Source: Desulfobacterales bacterium
GTDB taxonomy: Bacteria > Desulfobacterota > Desulfobacteria > Desulfobacterales > UBA5852
Length of the DNA: 64,000 nucleotides
NCBI GenBank assembly: GCA_963674755.2
Contig: CAXXVS010000003.1
Location: 1,216,001 to 1,280,000 of the forward strand
Direction of reading: 5' to 3'
The position numbers were made by a program, and so were the translations under genes. Positions 52,201 to 61,214 of this stretch are shown one piece after another. How positions within the stretch are numbered: position 1 is the first letter of the stretch; each line of letters opens with the position of its first letter. The notes beneath the pieces were generated by a model. That model saw only the letters and a list, made by a program, of their open reading frames with translations. It ran no database searches and was not told where the DNA came from.

Positions 52201-53702
52201 TTCTCTGGTCGGCCCCGGACACCTACGACCCCTATGAAAACGCTCGCCGGGTGCGGGTGGTACCCAATGACGAACTTGATGAGGAGAGTACCAACGGGAT
52301 CACCTTAGGCCTTCTTTACAAGGAAGGCAAGGACGGCCAGGGTGCGCCGGCCGACGCCATTTTGCGACTATTCCGCGGCGGGTTCGATGTCGCGGATATG
52401 GATCCGGAGCCGCTGAACTTGAGCTCTTCGACGCCCTACCTGTTCCAGAATCCGGATGATGCCGGCAGTGAAGACGGAAGCGGCGACAACCCGGCCGGCG
52501 ACGGCACCGGCGACATGCTGCCCAATCGCAACACACCCAAGATCGATCACTTCTACTGGACCGACGCCAACCTGCACGATCCCACCGGCTATTGGTACAA
52601 GTCAGAGGCCGGCGACAACCTATTCGACGAAGACGGCTACACGCCGGATATCAGTGGCAATCCCTTCGAGAACGTCTTCTCCACCCGCCTGGCCATCCAC
52701 GGCGACCTTGTCCTGGCCGGTTACGCCTACTGCGTCAACTGGTCGGCGGGCAAAAAGGCCAAGGACCACTACGACTTCTATATCCGGGTCTCCGAGGATG
52801 CCGGCGCGAAATGGACCCTGCCGGTCAATGTCTCCCAGCTCAAGAACCACGAGGAGTCGGTGGCCGACTGCCGGGTGATCCTCACGCCGCCGACGCTGGA
52901 TGATTGGGCAATTTACGATTCGCCATATGGTCAACGGATTCCTTTCTCCATGACCGGTGCCCCGGCGATTGAATCCCCGGGAGACTTCAACGAACCCAAC
53001 ACCTTTTTCGTGGGCGTGGGCACCAAGGAGAACATCCCCCAGCCTAGTCCCAACGTAACCGAATTGGAGGAGAGCGAGGTTTTTCTGGACACGTTCTACT
53101 CCCAGGCCAAAATTACGAACGGGGTGATTGAGTTCGAGACCTACCAGAAGGACAATCCCAAGTATATAGAGGGATCCAAACCCTACTTGGACGTCGACGG
53201 TAACCCGACCGATGACGCATGCGCGGAAATCCTCGACGATGACACCGGCACCTGCGTGCCCAACGAGCCCAACCCGGCCTTTCCCGAGCTGGTCGACGAG
53301 TTCAACTGGCTGGCCAAAGGCGACGCCAATCAAGGGGACATTCAGATGACCTGCAACCCCTTCGGCAGCCGCCTGTACACCATCTGGGAACAGGAATTGC
53401 CCATCACTGACGAGGACGGCCAGAAACACTTCCAGGGCTCCGACGTTTGGTTCCGCAAGATCATCTACGAAGAACCGGAGGCCTCCGAAAGCGGGGATGT
53501 GAACGGGGACGGCGACCTGACATGGGACGACGGTCGTGCCATTCTGGACGCCGTCGGCACGACGGCCTATGATGCGGATTTTCTGTGGGCCGGCGACTAT
53601 GACGGTGACTACCGCATTTCCGGCCGGGACTATAGCCGCTGGAAGCGCCTATACACCAAAGACAGCCTTGGCAATAAGAGAAAGAAATGGCGTTCAAAGT
53701 AG
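49260..53702 (+). CDS. Giant secreted protein, 1480 aa, paralog of 33724-38367; two CxxCH, rubredoxin-like inserts, dockerin-like C-terminus
   Basis: AAGGAG RBS; signal peptide ending PAMA; SYDEGLTW, WQEDPKG, NHKTDIWYS, YENARR; CRSCH, CTGCH; CTACPYVYDP..WVCPLC; GDVNGDG..GDYDGD. Confidence 0.82.
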   Translation: MRRKQSFWVALVAICLLGTISPAMADWGDVTNKFSISTSAPVANTNVDGTFTTIDVTVTFSADLDDAIMGDLRLLVVPLDGTPAPRNPDGEMGLDGSNPIIYYILPTGEDGELVPNESVTITMEMEGNVSSPDFNFSIEVNDESIDTTIFRKKISKTPEYYSGEGGIEVMPLYVEARSTQGYAYTRDTLSGDLIPCCPDECPNGEEGADDVCGICDPSCAASGYATVKPLVVTYVQEEEEAPFNSVPSYDPNEDGVADEGDRYAHDIYAAVSYDEGLTWKRRNISRTSLKSSFTLPNGVSYPGDSEDADLTVVGPYAFVTWVDKYCRSGDPWDMEAQDIDDIYQVTGSQKSVDYLDVTGDEDPRPDLGVRPFSCLWGARGVLDMEPETADGEANPNYGTIVWYKAEQLSTGRRDAKRNFNAGIEPVHDPNLNENNLVEGTGGFAVSWQEDPKGLKTGKGRGPGAGMSGACVNHKTDIWYSYIGWSDFATVDEDFVSNSDGDAVQDGDGESMSNYFCTACPYVYDPELGDVEHDILAGTSFDSLPEDWVCPLCGAAKADFEKDAKPHALVHFHPPVRVTDNAVCRERNPTEIMGHVHTADHIAVTDCDYYYEGGTTNQPLAWDDLPDDWACPKCGGTKDTFEAEAIFIKYRNEGAPYCEWFANNPRVDGDGNEVSSTEDAYAVAYYTTDEGEPLDGNTGASRANLSLVNWQGETLALMAYEETKGVGAGSDKEAAAMEQAAPLPLVKMDDGTWEAGFTNSDCRSCHYKNVVPRDRVIPVSDQTICEEVKGGVWKEELEAYFPYTGYPYITDQSVDVGQLAADGVSYDTSNAVKCVKFQGGWGMYPRDYAQIYEGDNYYNLPDHMPGWHQEALDCTGCHLPYNTKDSDGDTINDRADMCPGTPAGADDIDMNPESVNYGCSASESPDDQDNNKDEPDRFRHGKNLYYHHFVFNDPDLAAIGHGDQINGFSRDVLGQDDEGNDILWSAPDTYDPYENARRVRVVPNDELDEESTNGITLGLLYKEGKDGQGAPADAILRLFRGGFDVADMDPEPLNLSSSTPYLFQNPDDAGSEDGSGDNPAGDGTGDMLPNRNTPKIDHFYWTDANLHDPTGYWYKSEAGDNLFDEDGYTPDISGNPFENVFSTRLAIHGDLVLAGYAYCVNWSAGKKAKDHYDFYIRVSEDAGAKWTLPVNVSQLKNHEESVADCRVILTPPTLDDWAIYDSPYGQRIPFSMTGAPAIESPGDFNEPNTFFVGVGTKENIPQPSPNVTELEESEVFLDTFYSQAKITNGVIEFETYQKDNPKYIEGSKPYLDVDGNPTDDACAEILDDDTGTCVPNEPNPAFPELVDEFNWLAKGDANQGDIQMTCNPFGSRLYTIWEQELPITDEDGQKHFQGSDVWFRKIIYEEPEASESGDVNGDGDLTWDDGRAILDAVGTTAYDADFLWAGDYDGDYRISGRDYSRWKRLYTKDSLGNKRKKWRSK

Positions 53703-53893
53703 CAGATCGGCAAGGAAGCATTGAATCATCTTGTGAACGGTGGACTGCACTGATGGTGATTGAGCAGTCCGCCGTCACAGCCCCGTTTCCCTTATAGTGG
53801 GTGCTGATTCCCGCTGTTCCGGAATCCGGTCGGATCGAAGTCCTGACCCGTCAAGGAAACCATCGGAGCCTCTGTCCAAGGAAGGGTGCCGCG

Positions 53894-54097
53894 ATGAAGA
53901 TTGACGAGGCTGCCTTGATGCAAGCCCCTGTGAAAGAGAGAAAAGACTTCGCTGCGATTGGCCCGGAACAGCGGGATCGGCGCTCAGGTATCGACCGGCG
54001 TCAGTTTTCCTACGCCGTTCATTTGCCGGAGAGACGGCGCGGTCGGGAGCGGCGTCGGATGTGGTCGGCCTTGCCAACGGGTGCCGCCGGGCGATAG
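53894..54097 (+). CDS. Small Arg-rich protein with RRSGxDRR/RRxGxERR motifs
   Basis: DRRSGIDRRQFSYAVHLPERRRGRERR; GGAAGG upstream. Confidence 0.6.
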   Translation: MKIDEAALMQAPVKERKDFAAIGPEQRDRRSGIDRRQFSYAVHLPERRRGRERRRMWSALPTGAAGR

Positions 54098-54388
54098 GGC
54101 CTTGCCGGTCTGAGCGTATGAAACCCGCTGATCTTGTGTACAGGCGGTCCTTATTGCCTGCCATCATCAGTGCCAATCGGAGGTTGCGCTTCAACCGCTG
54201 GGGTCATGCGTATTGGAAAAACGGATCTCGATTAAGAGGTAAATAAATTCCCAGTCTAATTGCACGTACTGCTTTTGGCAGACGCCTTCCATAACCGTCA
54301 ACATCACCCGTCGCTGCCGCATTAATTGGCCTTCAGCCTGCAATCGAGACAACGCTATAAATCCAGACTCCCGTGGAAGGGTTGCGCC

Positions 54389-54661
54389 ATGATGGAAAAA
54401 CGTCAGTTTTGCCGCACCGATCTGACGATGCCGGTCAAAGTCCGGCACGGCGCCCGGGTGGCGTGGCAATCCGTGGAAAATATCAGCCGCGGCGGAGCGT
54501 ATATCAGGGGCAAAGCAATGGCCCGGCGGGGCGAGCGCCTGGAACTGGTTTTCAGCTTCCCCGGCCTGGCCGCGCCGATTCCGCTGCCTTGTCGGGTCGT
54601 ACGGCGGGATGCTGCCGGCATCGGTGTCCACTTCATTCCCTATCCGGTGGGCGAATCCTGA
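54389..54661 (+). CDS. Stand-alone PilZ-domain protein
   Basis: RQFCR (RxxxR) and NISRGG (D/NxSxxG) motifs. Confidence 0.8.
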   Translation: MMEKRQFCRTDLTMPVKVRHGARVAWQSVENISRGGAYIRGKAMARRGERLELVFSFPGLAAPIPLPCRVVRRDAAGIGVHFIPYPVGES

Positions 54662-54758
54662 CACGGTCGAATTTCAACGGCGGCCGGACCGATCCAAATA
54701 CGATGGTAACATTCCGGCGGTATCGCCTGGGGCTTGCCATAAAACGTGTGGGGGTGGT

Positions 54759-54774
54759 TGGCACGATAGATGCT
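54759..54774 (+). promoter_or_regulatory. sigma54 promoter upstream of gspE
   Basis: TGGCACGATAGATGCT. Confidence 0.75.
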
Positions 54775-55005
54775 ATAGACTTCCTCACGGACGCCGGTGC
54801 GTGGGGACCGGCTGTTTACAGGCGCGACGATCTGGTGCTAATGTGATTGTGGTGGCGCCGCAGCAGGGTACGATACGGTTTCCAGCGAATGGCCGCCGAA
54901 ACGCCCGGGGGCATTTCGCCCATATCTCGTGCCGGACATTGCCCACCGCCCTTGCCGCGGTTGGTCTTCACGGCTTCGATCATCTGACACAGGCGGTATT
55001 CCGAC

Positions 55006-56541
55006 ATGCGCGAATCCCAAGCGAACGACCGTATTCCACGCTCCCGTTATCCCCTTGAGCCGGTAGCCCTCGATAACCTGTCGGTCAAGTTTATGAAGCA
55101 GGCCTGTTTCGTGCCGCTGCGCCTGGCGGGTCAGGAGCTGGAGATCGCCATGGCCGACCCCCAGGCGGTGGACACCCTGGAAGCGCTGGAAGCGGCGTTC
55201 GGCCTGTCGGTCGTGCCTGTGATCGGCCATCGTGAAGATATCCAGGAAGTCATCGAACTATTGTACGGCACCGGGCGCCAGTCCATGGAGACCATTATCG
55301 AACAGGCCGGACAGGATGTCTTCGAAACCATTGGCGATGGCGAGGAGGATGCCGATCACTTGCGCGATATGGCCTCCGAAGCGCCGATTATCCGCCTGGT
55401 CAACCGCTTGATCCTCAATGCCATCGAATTACGGGCCAGCGATATTCACTTCGAACCCTTCGAGAGCGAATTCAAGGTCCGCTACCGCATCGACGGCGTG
55501 TTAAACGATGTGGAGGCGCCTCCCAAGCGGCTGCAATCGGCCATCATTTCGCGGGTCAAGATCATGGCCAAGCTGGATATTTCCGAGCGCCGCCTGCCCC
55601 AGGACGGCCGCACCAAGCTGAAGATCGGCGGCAAGGAGATCGATTTCCGTATTTCGACGATCCCCACCCTCTTCGGGGAGAGCGTGGTGATGCGCATCCT
55701 GGACAGGGATACCCTGGTGCTCGATCTGCGGCAATTGGGCTTTCCGGACCACCTGCTGGACCGCTACCTGAAACTGGTCACCCAGCCCCACGGCATGATC
55801 CTGGTCACCGGACCCACCGGAAGCGGCAAGACCTCCACCCTCTACGCCACCCTGGCCCGGATCAATTCGCCCGAGAATAAAATCATCACCCTGGAAGATC
55901 CGGTGGAATACCAGTTGAAGGGCATCAACCAGATTCAGGTCGCCCCCAAGATCGGGCTGACCTTTGCCGGCGGGCTGCGTTCCATCGTTCGCCAGGATCC
56001 AGACATCATCCTGGTGGGAGAGATCCGGGACCGGGAAACCGCCGAGACGGCCGTGCAATCGGCCCTGACGGGCCACTTGCTGTTCAGTACGCTGCACACC
56101 AACGATGCGGCGGGGGCGGTGACCCGCATGCTGGATATGGGGGTCGAAAGCTTTCTTCTCAGCTCGACCCTGTTGGGGGTTCTGGCCCAGCGCCTGGTGC
56201 GTCTGCTTTGCCCCGTGTGCAAGACGCGCCACGAGCCGGATCCGGACGAATTGGCCACCATGGGCATCCCCCCGGACGAGGCGGCCGGCCTGACCCTCTA
56301 TGAACCCCAGGGCTGTGAGGCCTGCCGGGGAACCGGTTATAAAGGGCGCACCGCCATTTTCGAATACCTGAGGGTCGACGACGACCTCCGCCGGGAAATC
56401 AACGCCCATGCCGACACCGAACGTATCAAGCAGGTGGCGGTGGAAAAGGGCATGGTGCCGCTGCGCCGCGACGGGTGGCAGAAGGCCGCCCAGGGCGTGA
56501 CCACTCTGGCTGAAGTATTCAAGGTAACCCTCGAGGACTAG
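55006..56541 (+). CDS. gspE: Type II secretion ATPase
   Basis: ASDIHFEP, RLPQDGR, GPTGSGKT, EDPVEY, RQDPD, STLHTND; tetracysteine motif. Confidence 0.92.
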   Translation: MRESQANDRIPRSRYPLEPVALDNLSVKFMKQACFVPLRLAGQELEIAMADPQAVDTLEALEAAFGLSVVPVIGHREDIQEVIELLYGTGRQSMETIIEQAGQDVFETIGDGEEDADHLRDMASEAPIIRLVNRLILNAIELRASDIHFEPFESEFKVRYRIDGVLNDVEAPPKRLQSAIISRVKIMAKLDISERRLPQDGRTKLKIGGKEIDFRISTIPTLFGESVVMRILDRDTLVLDLRQLGFPDHLLDRYLKLVTQPHGMILVTGPTGSGKTSTLYATLARINSPENKIITLEDPVEYQLKGINQIQVAPKIGLTFAGGLRSIVRQDPDIILVGEIRDRETAETAVQSALTGHLLFSTLHTNDAAGAVTRMLDMGVESFLLSSTLLGVLAQRLVRLLCPVCKTRHEPDPDELATMGIPPDEAAGLTLYEPQGCEACRGTGYKGRTAIFEYLRVDDDLRREINAHADTERIKQVAVEKGMVPLRRDGWQKAAQGVTTLAEVFKVTLED

Positions 56542-56542
56542 T

Positions 56543-57769
56543 ATGGCCGCCTATACCTACAAAGCCGCCGACCCCCAGGGGAAGATCATTCGCGGCAGCA
56601 TGGAGGCCGCCGACGAGGCCGCGGTCGTGGCCGGGTTGCAGACCAAGGGATGCCTCCCCATCCGCATTCAGATCGCCGAGGCCTCGCCCTCGGGCCGCGC
56701 TTGGGGGCGTCTGTTGACCGCCACTTGGGGCGGTGCCGTGACAGGGCGGGATCTGACCGGGTTTACGCGGGATCTGGCCACCCTCTTCGGGGCCGGTCTG
56801 CCCATCGACCGGGCGCTGCACATCCTGATCGATGCCACCGAAAATCAGCGTTTCAAGCCCATTATTCAATCTATGCTGGAGGACGTTCAGGGGGGCAGCT
56901 ATCTCTCGGATGCGATGATGAAGCATCCGCGAATATTTTCCAAATACTATACCAATATGGTCCGGGCCGGGGAGGTGGGCGGCGTGCTCGAGGCCGTTCT
57001 GGGCCGTCTGGGCGTTTTTCTGGAAGAAAGCCAGGACCTGCGCGAGTACGTGCGCTCGGCCATGATTTATCCGATCTTCCTGGTGGTCGTGGGAGGCGTT
57101 TCCGTTCTCATCCTGCTGACCTTTGTCATTCCGAAATTTGCGATCATTTTTGCGGATATGGGCCATGCGCTGCCCCTTTCGACGCGTTTTCTGCTGGGTT
57201 TCAGCACCTTTCTGCGGGACTATGCCTGGATCATCCTCCTGACCCTGGCGGCAGCGGGAATTGCCGTGTCACGCTGGCTGCGCACACCCATCGGCCGCTA
57301 TCGGATCGATGGCCTCAAGCTCCGGCTGCCGGTCTGGCGGGATATTGTACAGGCCATGGAAACGGCCCGCTTTACGCGCACCCTGGGGACCCTTATCCAA
57401 AGCGGCGTTCCCATTCTCAAAGCACTCATGCTGGTGCGGGACGTGATCGCCAACCGGGTCGTGGCCGATGCCATCGAGGTCATTCAGGACCGTGTCAAAG
57501 AGGGGGAGTCCATGGCACGGCCCATGGCGAGCGCCGGCTACTTCCCCCCGCTGGCCGTGCAGATGGTGACCGTGGGCGAAGAGACGGGAACACTGGATCT
57601 CATGTTGCTGAAGATTGCCGACAGTTACGACAAACACCTGCGCAGCCTGATCAAGCGTCTGATCAACCTGCTGGAGCCCGTCATGATTCTCGTGATGGGC
57701 CTGGTGGTGGGATTTGTCGTAATTTCCATGTTGATGGCCATTTTCAGCATCAACGAATTGCCTTTTTAA
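56543..57769 (+). CDS. gspF: Type II secretion inner membrane platform protein
   Basis: YTYKA; AGEVGG; AMIYP; GEETG; LLEP. Confidence 0.92.
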   Translation: MAAYTYKAADPQGKIIRGSMEAADEAAVVAGLQTKGCLPIRIQIAEASPSGRAWGRLLTATWGGAVTGRDLTGFTRDLATLFGAGLPIDRALHILIDATENQRFKPIIQSMLEDVQGGSYLSDAMMKHPRIFSKYYTNMVRAGEVGGVLEAVLGRLGVFLEESQDLREYVRSAMIYPIFLVVVGGVSVLILLTFVIPKFAIIFADMGHALPLSTRFLLGFSTFLRDYAWIILLTLAAAGIAVSRWLRTPIGRYRIDGLKLRLPVWRDIVQAMETARFTRTLGTLIQSGVPILKALMLVRDVIANRVVADAIEVIQDRVKEGESMARPMASAGYFPPLAVQMVTVGEETGTLDLMLLKIADSYDKHLRSLIKRLINLLEPVMILVMGLVVGFVVISMLMAIFSINELPF

Positions 57770-57784
57770 AGTTGGGAGCGTTTT

Positions 57785-58219
57785 ATGCGTGTATCCGAAA
57801 ACCGCCGCCAAGGTTTTACACTGATCGAATTGCTGCTGGTGATGGTGATCCTCGGGCTGCTGGCCGCCCTGGTGGGACCGCGTTTCTTCGGCCAGGAGAA
57901 AAAGGCCAAACAACGGGCCGCCAAGGGGCAGATCGCGCTTTTCGAGGCGGCGCTGGATAATTACCGTCTCGATGTCGGGCGCTATCCGACCACCGCGCAG
58001 GGATTGCAGGCCCTGCGGGAAAGGCCCGACGGGGTGACCAAATGGGACGGCCCCTACCTCAAAAAAGCCGTTCCGAACGACCCCTGGGGCAACGCTTTTG
58101 CCTACGAATCGCCCAGCGAGCACGGGGATTATGCCATCATCTCCTATGGAGCGGACGGACGTCCGGGGGGTGAGGATGTGGACACGGACATTGTCAGCTG
58201 GCAGGACATCGCCCGATAG
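57785..58219 (+). CDS. gspG: Major pseudopilin
   Basis: GFTLIE; YRLDVGRYPTT; WDGPYL; DPWG. Confidence 0.95.
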   Translation: MRVSENRRQGFTLIELLLVMVILGLLAALVGPRFFGQEKKAKQRAAKGQIALFEAALDNYRLDVGRYPTTAQGLQALRERPDGVTKWDGPYLKKAVPNDPWGNAFAYESPSEHGDYAIISYGADGRPGGEDVDTDIVSWQDIAR

Positions 58220-58220
58220 G

Positions 58221-58757
58221 ATGACGCCCTTCCTAAAGCAACGTCATGTGCAGAGGGGCTTCACCCTTCTGGAATTGCTGGTGGTCCTGCTTCTGGTGGG
58301 GGTGTTGGCGGCCTTCGTCCTGCCCCGGGTGGGGGGATCGCTGCCCGGTCTGCAATTGCGCACGGCCGCCCGCAAAATGGCCGCCACCTTCCGCTACGCC
58401 ACCCAGCGGGCCATGACGGAACAGGTGACGTATCGTGTCCGTCTGAACGATGATGCCGGTATGGTAACCCTGGCTCCCGTACCGGCTTCCGGCGTACTTC
58501 CGGCCGATCCGTTTGCCGCGGCGCATACGCCTTCCCCGTCCTTGGATCGCTGGCAGCTGCCCGAAGAGATCCAGCTTCTCTTCCCCCTGGATCGGGACGA
58601 TCAGACGGCCGGCGATGACTATGTGATCTTTTTTTATCCGGATGGCAGCGGCAGCGGGGGGGCGGTCAGGCTGGCCGCCACCAATGGGCGGCAGATGGAA
58701 GTTCAAACGGATTTCATCACCGGCGAAACCACCATCCGGGATGTTGAACAGGGGTGA
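58221..58757 (+). CDS. gspH: Minor pseudopilin
   Basis: GFTLLE prepilin site; FYPDGSGSGG. Confidence 0.85.
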   Translation: MTPFLKQRHVQRGFTLLELLVVLLLVGVLAAFVLPRVGGSLPGLQLRTAARKMAATFRYATQRAMTEQVTYRVRLNDDAGMVTLAPVPASGVLPADPFAAAHTPSPSLDRWQLPEEIQLLFPLDRDDQTAGDDYVIFFYPDGSGSGGAVRLAATNGRQMEVQTDFITGETTIRDVEQG

Positions 58758-59206
58758 GGCGTGCCAAGATGACCGGTCCAACCTTCACACAGATTGTCAT
58801 GCGGCCCGTTATGGGCGCCCGCAGGGGATTCACCCTGCTGGAAGTGTTGGTGGCCACCATGGTGCTGGGTATTGCGGTGGTGATCGTCATGCAGCTATTT
58901 TCAGGCGGGCTCGACCAGGCCAAACGGGCCGGGGATTATACCCGGGCCGTCTTTCACGCCCGGGCCAAAATGGAAGAAGTCCTGCTCGATCCCCCGTCCG
59001 GACCGGTTGCGGAGCAGGGCGAGTTCGACGACGGATACCGCTGGGCGTTGGAGACCGTGACGGATGCGGATTTGACGGCCGAGGGGTTGGGGGTGCAGCC
59101 GGTCGTGGTGCGGGTAACCGTCGGCTGGGGCTTCGATCAGCACCCCAAAACCTTTTCCCTCCAGACCATGACCCTGGCCCCGGCGCCGGAGGAACCGCCG
59201 TCCTGA
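58754..59206 (+). CDS. gspI: Minor pseudopilin
   Basis: GFTLLEVLVA; gene order. Confidence 0.8.
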   Translation: MRRAKMTGPTFTQIVMRPVMGARRGFTLLEVLVATMVLGIAVVIVMQLFSGGLDQAKRAGDYTRAVFHARAKMEEVLLDPPSGPVAEQGEFDDGYRWALETVTDADLTAEGLGVQPVVVRVTVGWGFDQHPKTFSLQTMTLAPAPEEPPS

Positions 59207-59268
59207 CCGCGGATGATCGGCAACGGCCTTGTCCCGGCGGAGAATCGAATAGGGGAAAGCGGACTGCC

Positions 59269-59895
59269 ATGCCCACCCATAGAGGATTTACCCTGCTGGA
59301 ACTCATCCTGGCATTGGCCATCATGGGGATGGTCGTTCTGGTGGCCCTGGGGGCTTTCCGCATCGGACAGCGCGCCTGGGAGCGCGGGGATGCCGTTGCG
59401 GCCCAGAACCAGCGGCTGCGTATCGGCGCCGAGCGCCTGCGTCAGCAGTTGGCGGCGGCCACCATCTATCTCATGCCGGGGGAAGACGAGGCCGTTATCG
59501 GGTTTACGGGCAGTGCCAGCGAAATTCGTTTCGTATCACGCCTGTCGCTGGTTCCCGGCCATGAGCAGGGGCTCGTGTATGTTCACTACCGCCTACTGGA
59601 AACCGCGGATCAGGGACAGGTGCTGGCCTTTTACGAACAGCCCGTGATGCTGCTGGAGGGCCTTCCCCAGGACGAACCGGCGCCGGAAGCGTTCCATCGC
59701 CTGATCGTGGGGCTGAGTGAGGCGGCTTGGCAGTACCGTGGTGGTGGGGACAGCGCCGAGGGCTCATGGCAGGCGGTCTGGGAGGCGGGCGAGGCGCTGA
59801 ACCTGCCGGAGGCGGTTCGGCTGCAGCTGGGCTACGGCAATGATCCGCCCCTGTCGGTCATCATTCGCGTGGTCAACCCCGAGGAGGGATCGTGA
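59269..59895 (+). CDS. gspJ: Minor pseudopilin
   Basis: MPTHRGFTLLE; C-terminal W..LPEAVRL. Confidence 0.82.
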   Translation: MPTHRGFTLLELILALAIMGMVVLVALGAFRIGQRAWERGDAVAAQNQRLRIGAERLRQQLAAATIYLMPGEDEAVIGFTGSASEIRFVSRLSLVPGHEQGLVYVHYRLLETADQGQVLAFYEQPVMLLEGLPQDEPAPEAFHRLIVGLSEAAWQYRGGGDSAEGSWQAVWEAGEALNLPEAVRLQLGYGNDPPLSVIIRVVNPEEGS

Positions 59896-60971
59896 CGGTG
59901 TGGCGGGCCGCCCTCTATCGATCCGGCGTGTTGCCGCGGGACTTCGGAGGCTGCCGGCATCAGGGACTGTCCGGTCAATCCGGGGTGGCGCTTGTCATGG
60001 TGATCTGGATTCTGGCCCTGCTGATGGTGATTGTGGGCGAGTTTGGCTACAGCATGCGTACCGAGGTCAACGCCACCCGGCAGTTCAAGGAAGCGGCCGA
60101 AGCCTACTACATTGCCGAAGCCGGCCTCAGCCGAGCCATTGTGGAGATCTTGCAGCAAAGCACGGCCAGCGATGAAGCGGACGATGGGGCCGCGCCATTA
60201 TCCGCGGAAGGTCCCGAGGCCCCCTGGCGCGTCAATGTCCCCCTGCCGGCGGTACCTTTCGGCGAGGGGCAATACCGTGTCTACATCGACAATGAGAGCG
60301 GTCGCGTGAACATCAATACGGCGGAACGCGGCCTGCTGCAGATGCTGGTGGATCACTTCGACTTGAGCGAGACTGAAAAGGATACCATCGTGGACGCCAT
60401 TCTGGACTGGCGCGACAGCGACGAACTGCACCGCCTCAACGGCGCGGAGAGCGACTACTACCAGTCCCTGCCCCGGCCCTATCACAGCAAGAACGGCCCC
60501 TTCGATTCGGTTTCGGAACTGCTTCTGGTGCGGGGCGTCACACCGGAGATTTACTACGGCGGTTTGCAGGACATGGTCACTGTGGCGCTGGACGACGGGT
60601 CCTGGGCCGGCCAGGGACTCACCCGCGCCAAGGCTTTGCGCCGCGCCGCCGGTGGCGCCGTCAATATCAATGCGGCGCGGCCTGCGATGCTGGCGGCGCT
60701 GCCGGACATGACCGCCGATGCGATTCAGGATGTGCTCGCCTTTCGCGAACACGACGATTTTCGCTCCCTGGACGAGGTGGCCACTGTGGTGGGTGGGGAA
60801 ATATTCGAAGCCATTGCGCCGTTTATTACCCTTCAAATGTCACCCTATTACATCATTCACACGGAAGGCCGTTTGACGGACAGCCCCGTTCGGCAGCTTG
60901 CTTCCACCCGTGTGCGCATCGATCCTGGGGGAGAAACGACATTTGTCGTACTCGAGCGCCGCATGAATTAA
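59892..60971 (+). CDS. gspK: Minor pseudopilin
   Basis: GVALVMVIW; ESGRVNIN; DAILDWRD; ELLLVRGVT. Confidence 0.9.
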   Translation: MTVWRAALYRSGVLPRDFGGCRHQGLSGQSGVALVMVIWILALLMVIVGEFGYSMRTEVNATRQFKEAAEAYYIAEAGLSRAIVEILQQSTASDEADDGAAPLSAEGPEAPWRVNVPLPAVPFGEGQYRVYIDNESGRVNINTAERGLLQMLVDHFDLSETEKDTIVDAILDWRDSDELHRLNGAESDYYQSLPRPYHSKNGPFDSVSELLLVRGVTPEIYYGGLQDMVTVALDDGSWAGQGLTRAKALRRAAGGAVNINAARPAMLAALPDMTADAIQDVLAFREHDDFRSLDEVATVVGGEIFEAIAPFITLQMSPYYIIHTEGRLTDSPVRQLASTRVRIDPGGETTFVVLERRMN

Positions 60972-60986
60972 ACGCTCTCATCGGTG

Positions 60987-61140
60987 TGTGGCGTGATACA
61001 CTCCTGGTGACCCACAAGTGGGACTTTGTCCCTCCAAGGGTCACACTCCCCGGCCTAGGGGATGGAAACGGTTTGATTTTTTTGATAAAACATCCGCAGT
61101 TGCTGGGTCACAACGCGATGGATTTGGCACGGGTTTTGGA
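60987..61140 (+). promoter_or_regulatory. Bipartite enhancer plus sigma54 promoter of the gspLMC genes
   Basis: TGTGGCGTGATACA (60987), TGACCCACAAGTGGGAC (61008), TGGCACGGGTTTTGGA (61125). Confidence 0.72.
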
Positions 61141-61214
61141 TTGAAAGAACGCGGCGGCACCGATTCGATGGGCACCGTCGAGCGGATAGGGTCAAATCGA
61201 CAGAAAGGGGCAGC

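Noticed and set aside
54600..54760. Regulon enhancer boxes upstream of the gspE promoter
   Set aside because: Looked 115-160 bp upstream and found no convincing match
58642..59268. Long N-terminal extension of GspJ
   Set aside because: Overlaps gspH and gspI; the prepilin site and an RBS place the start at 59269
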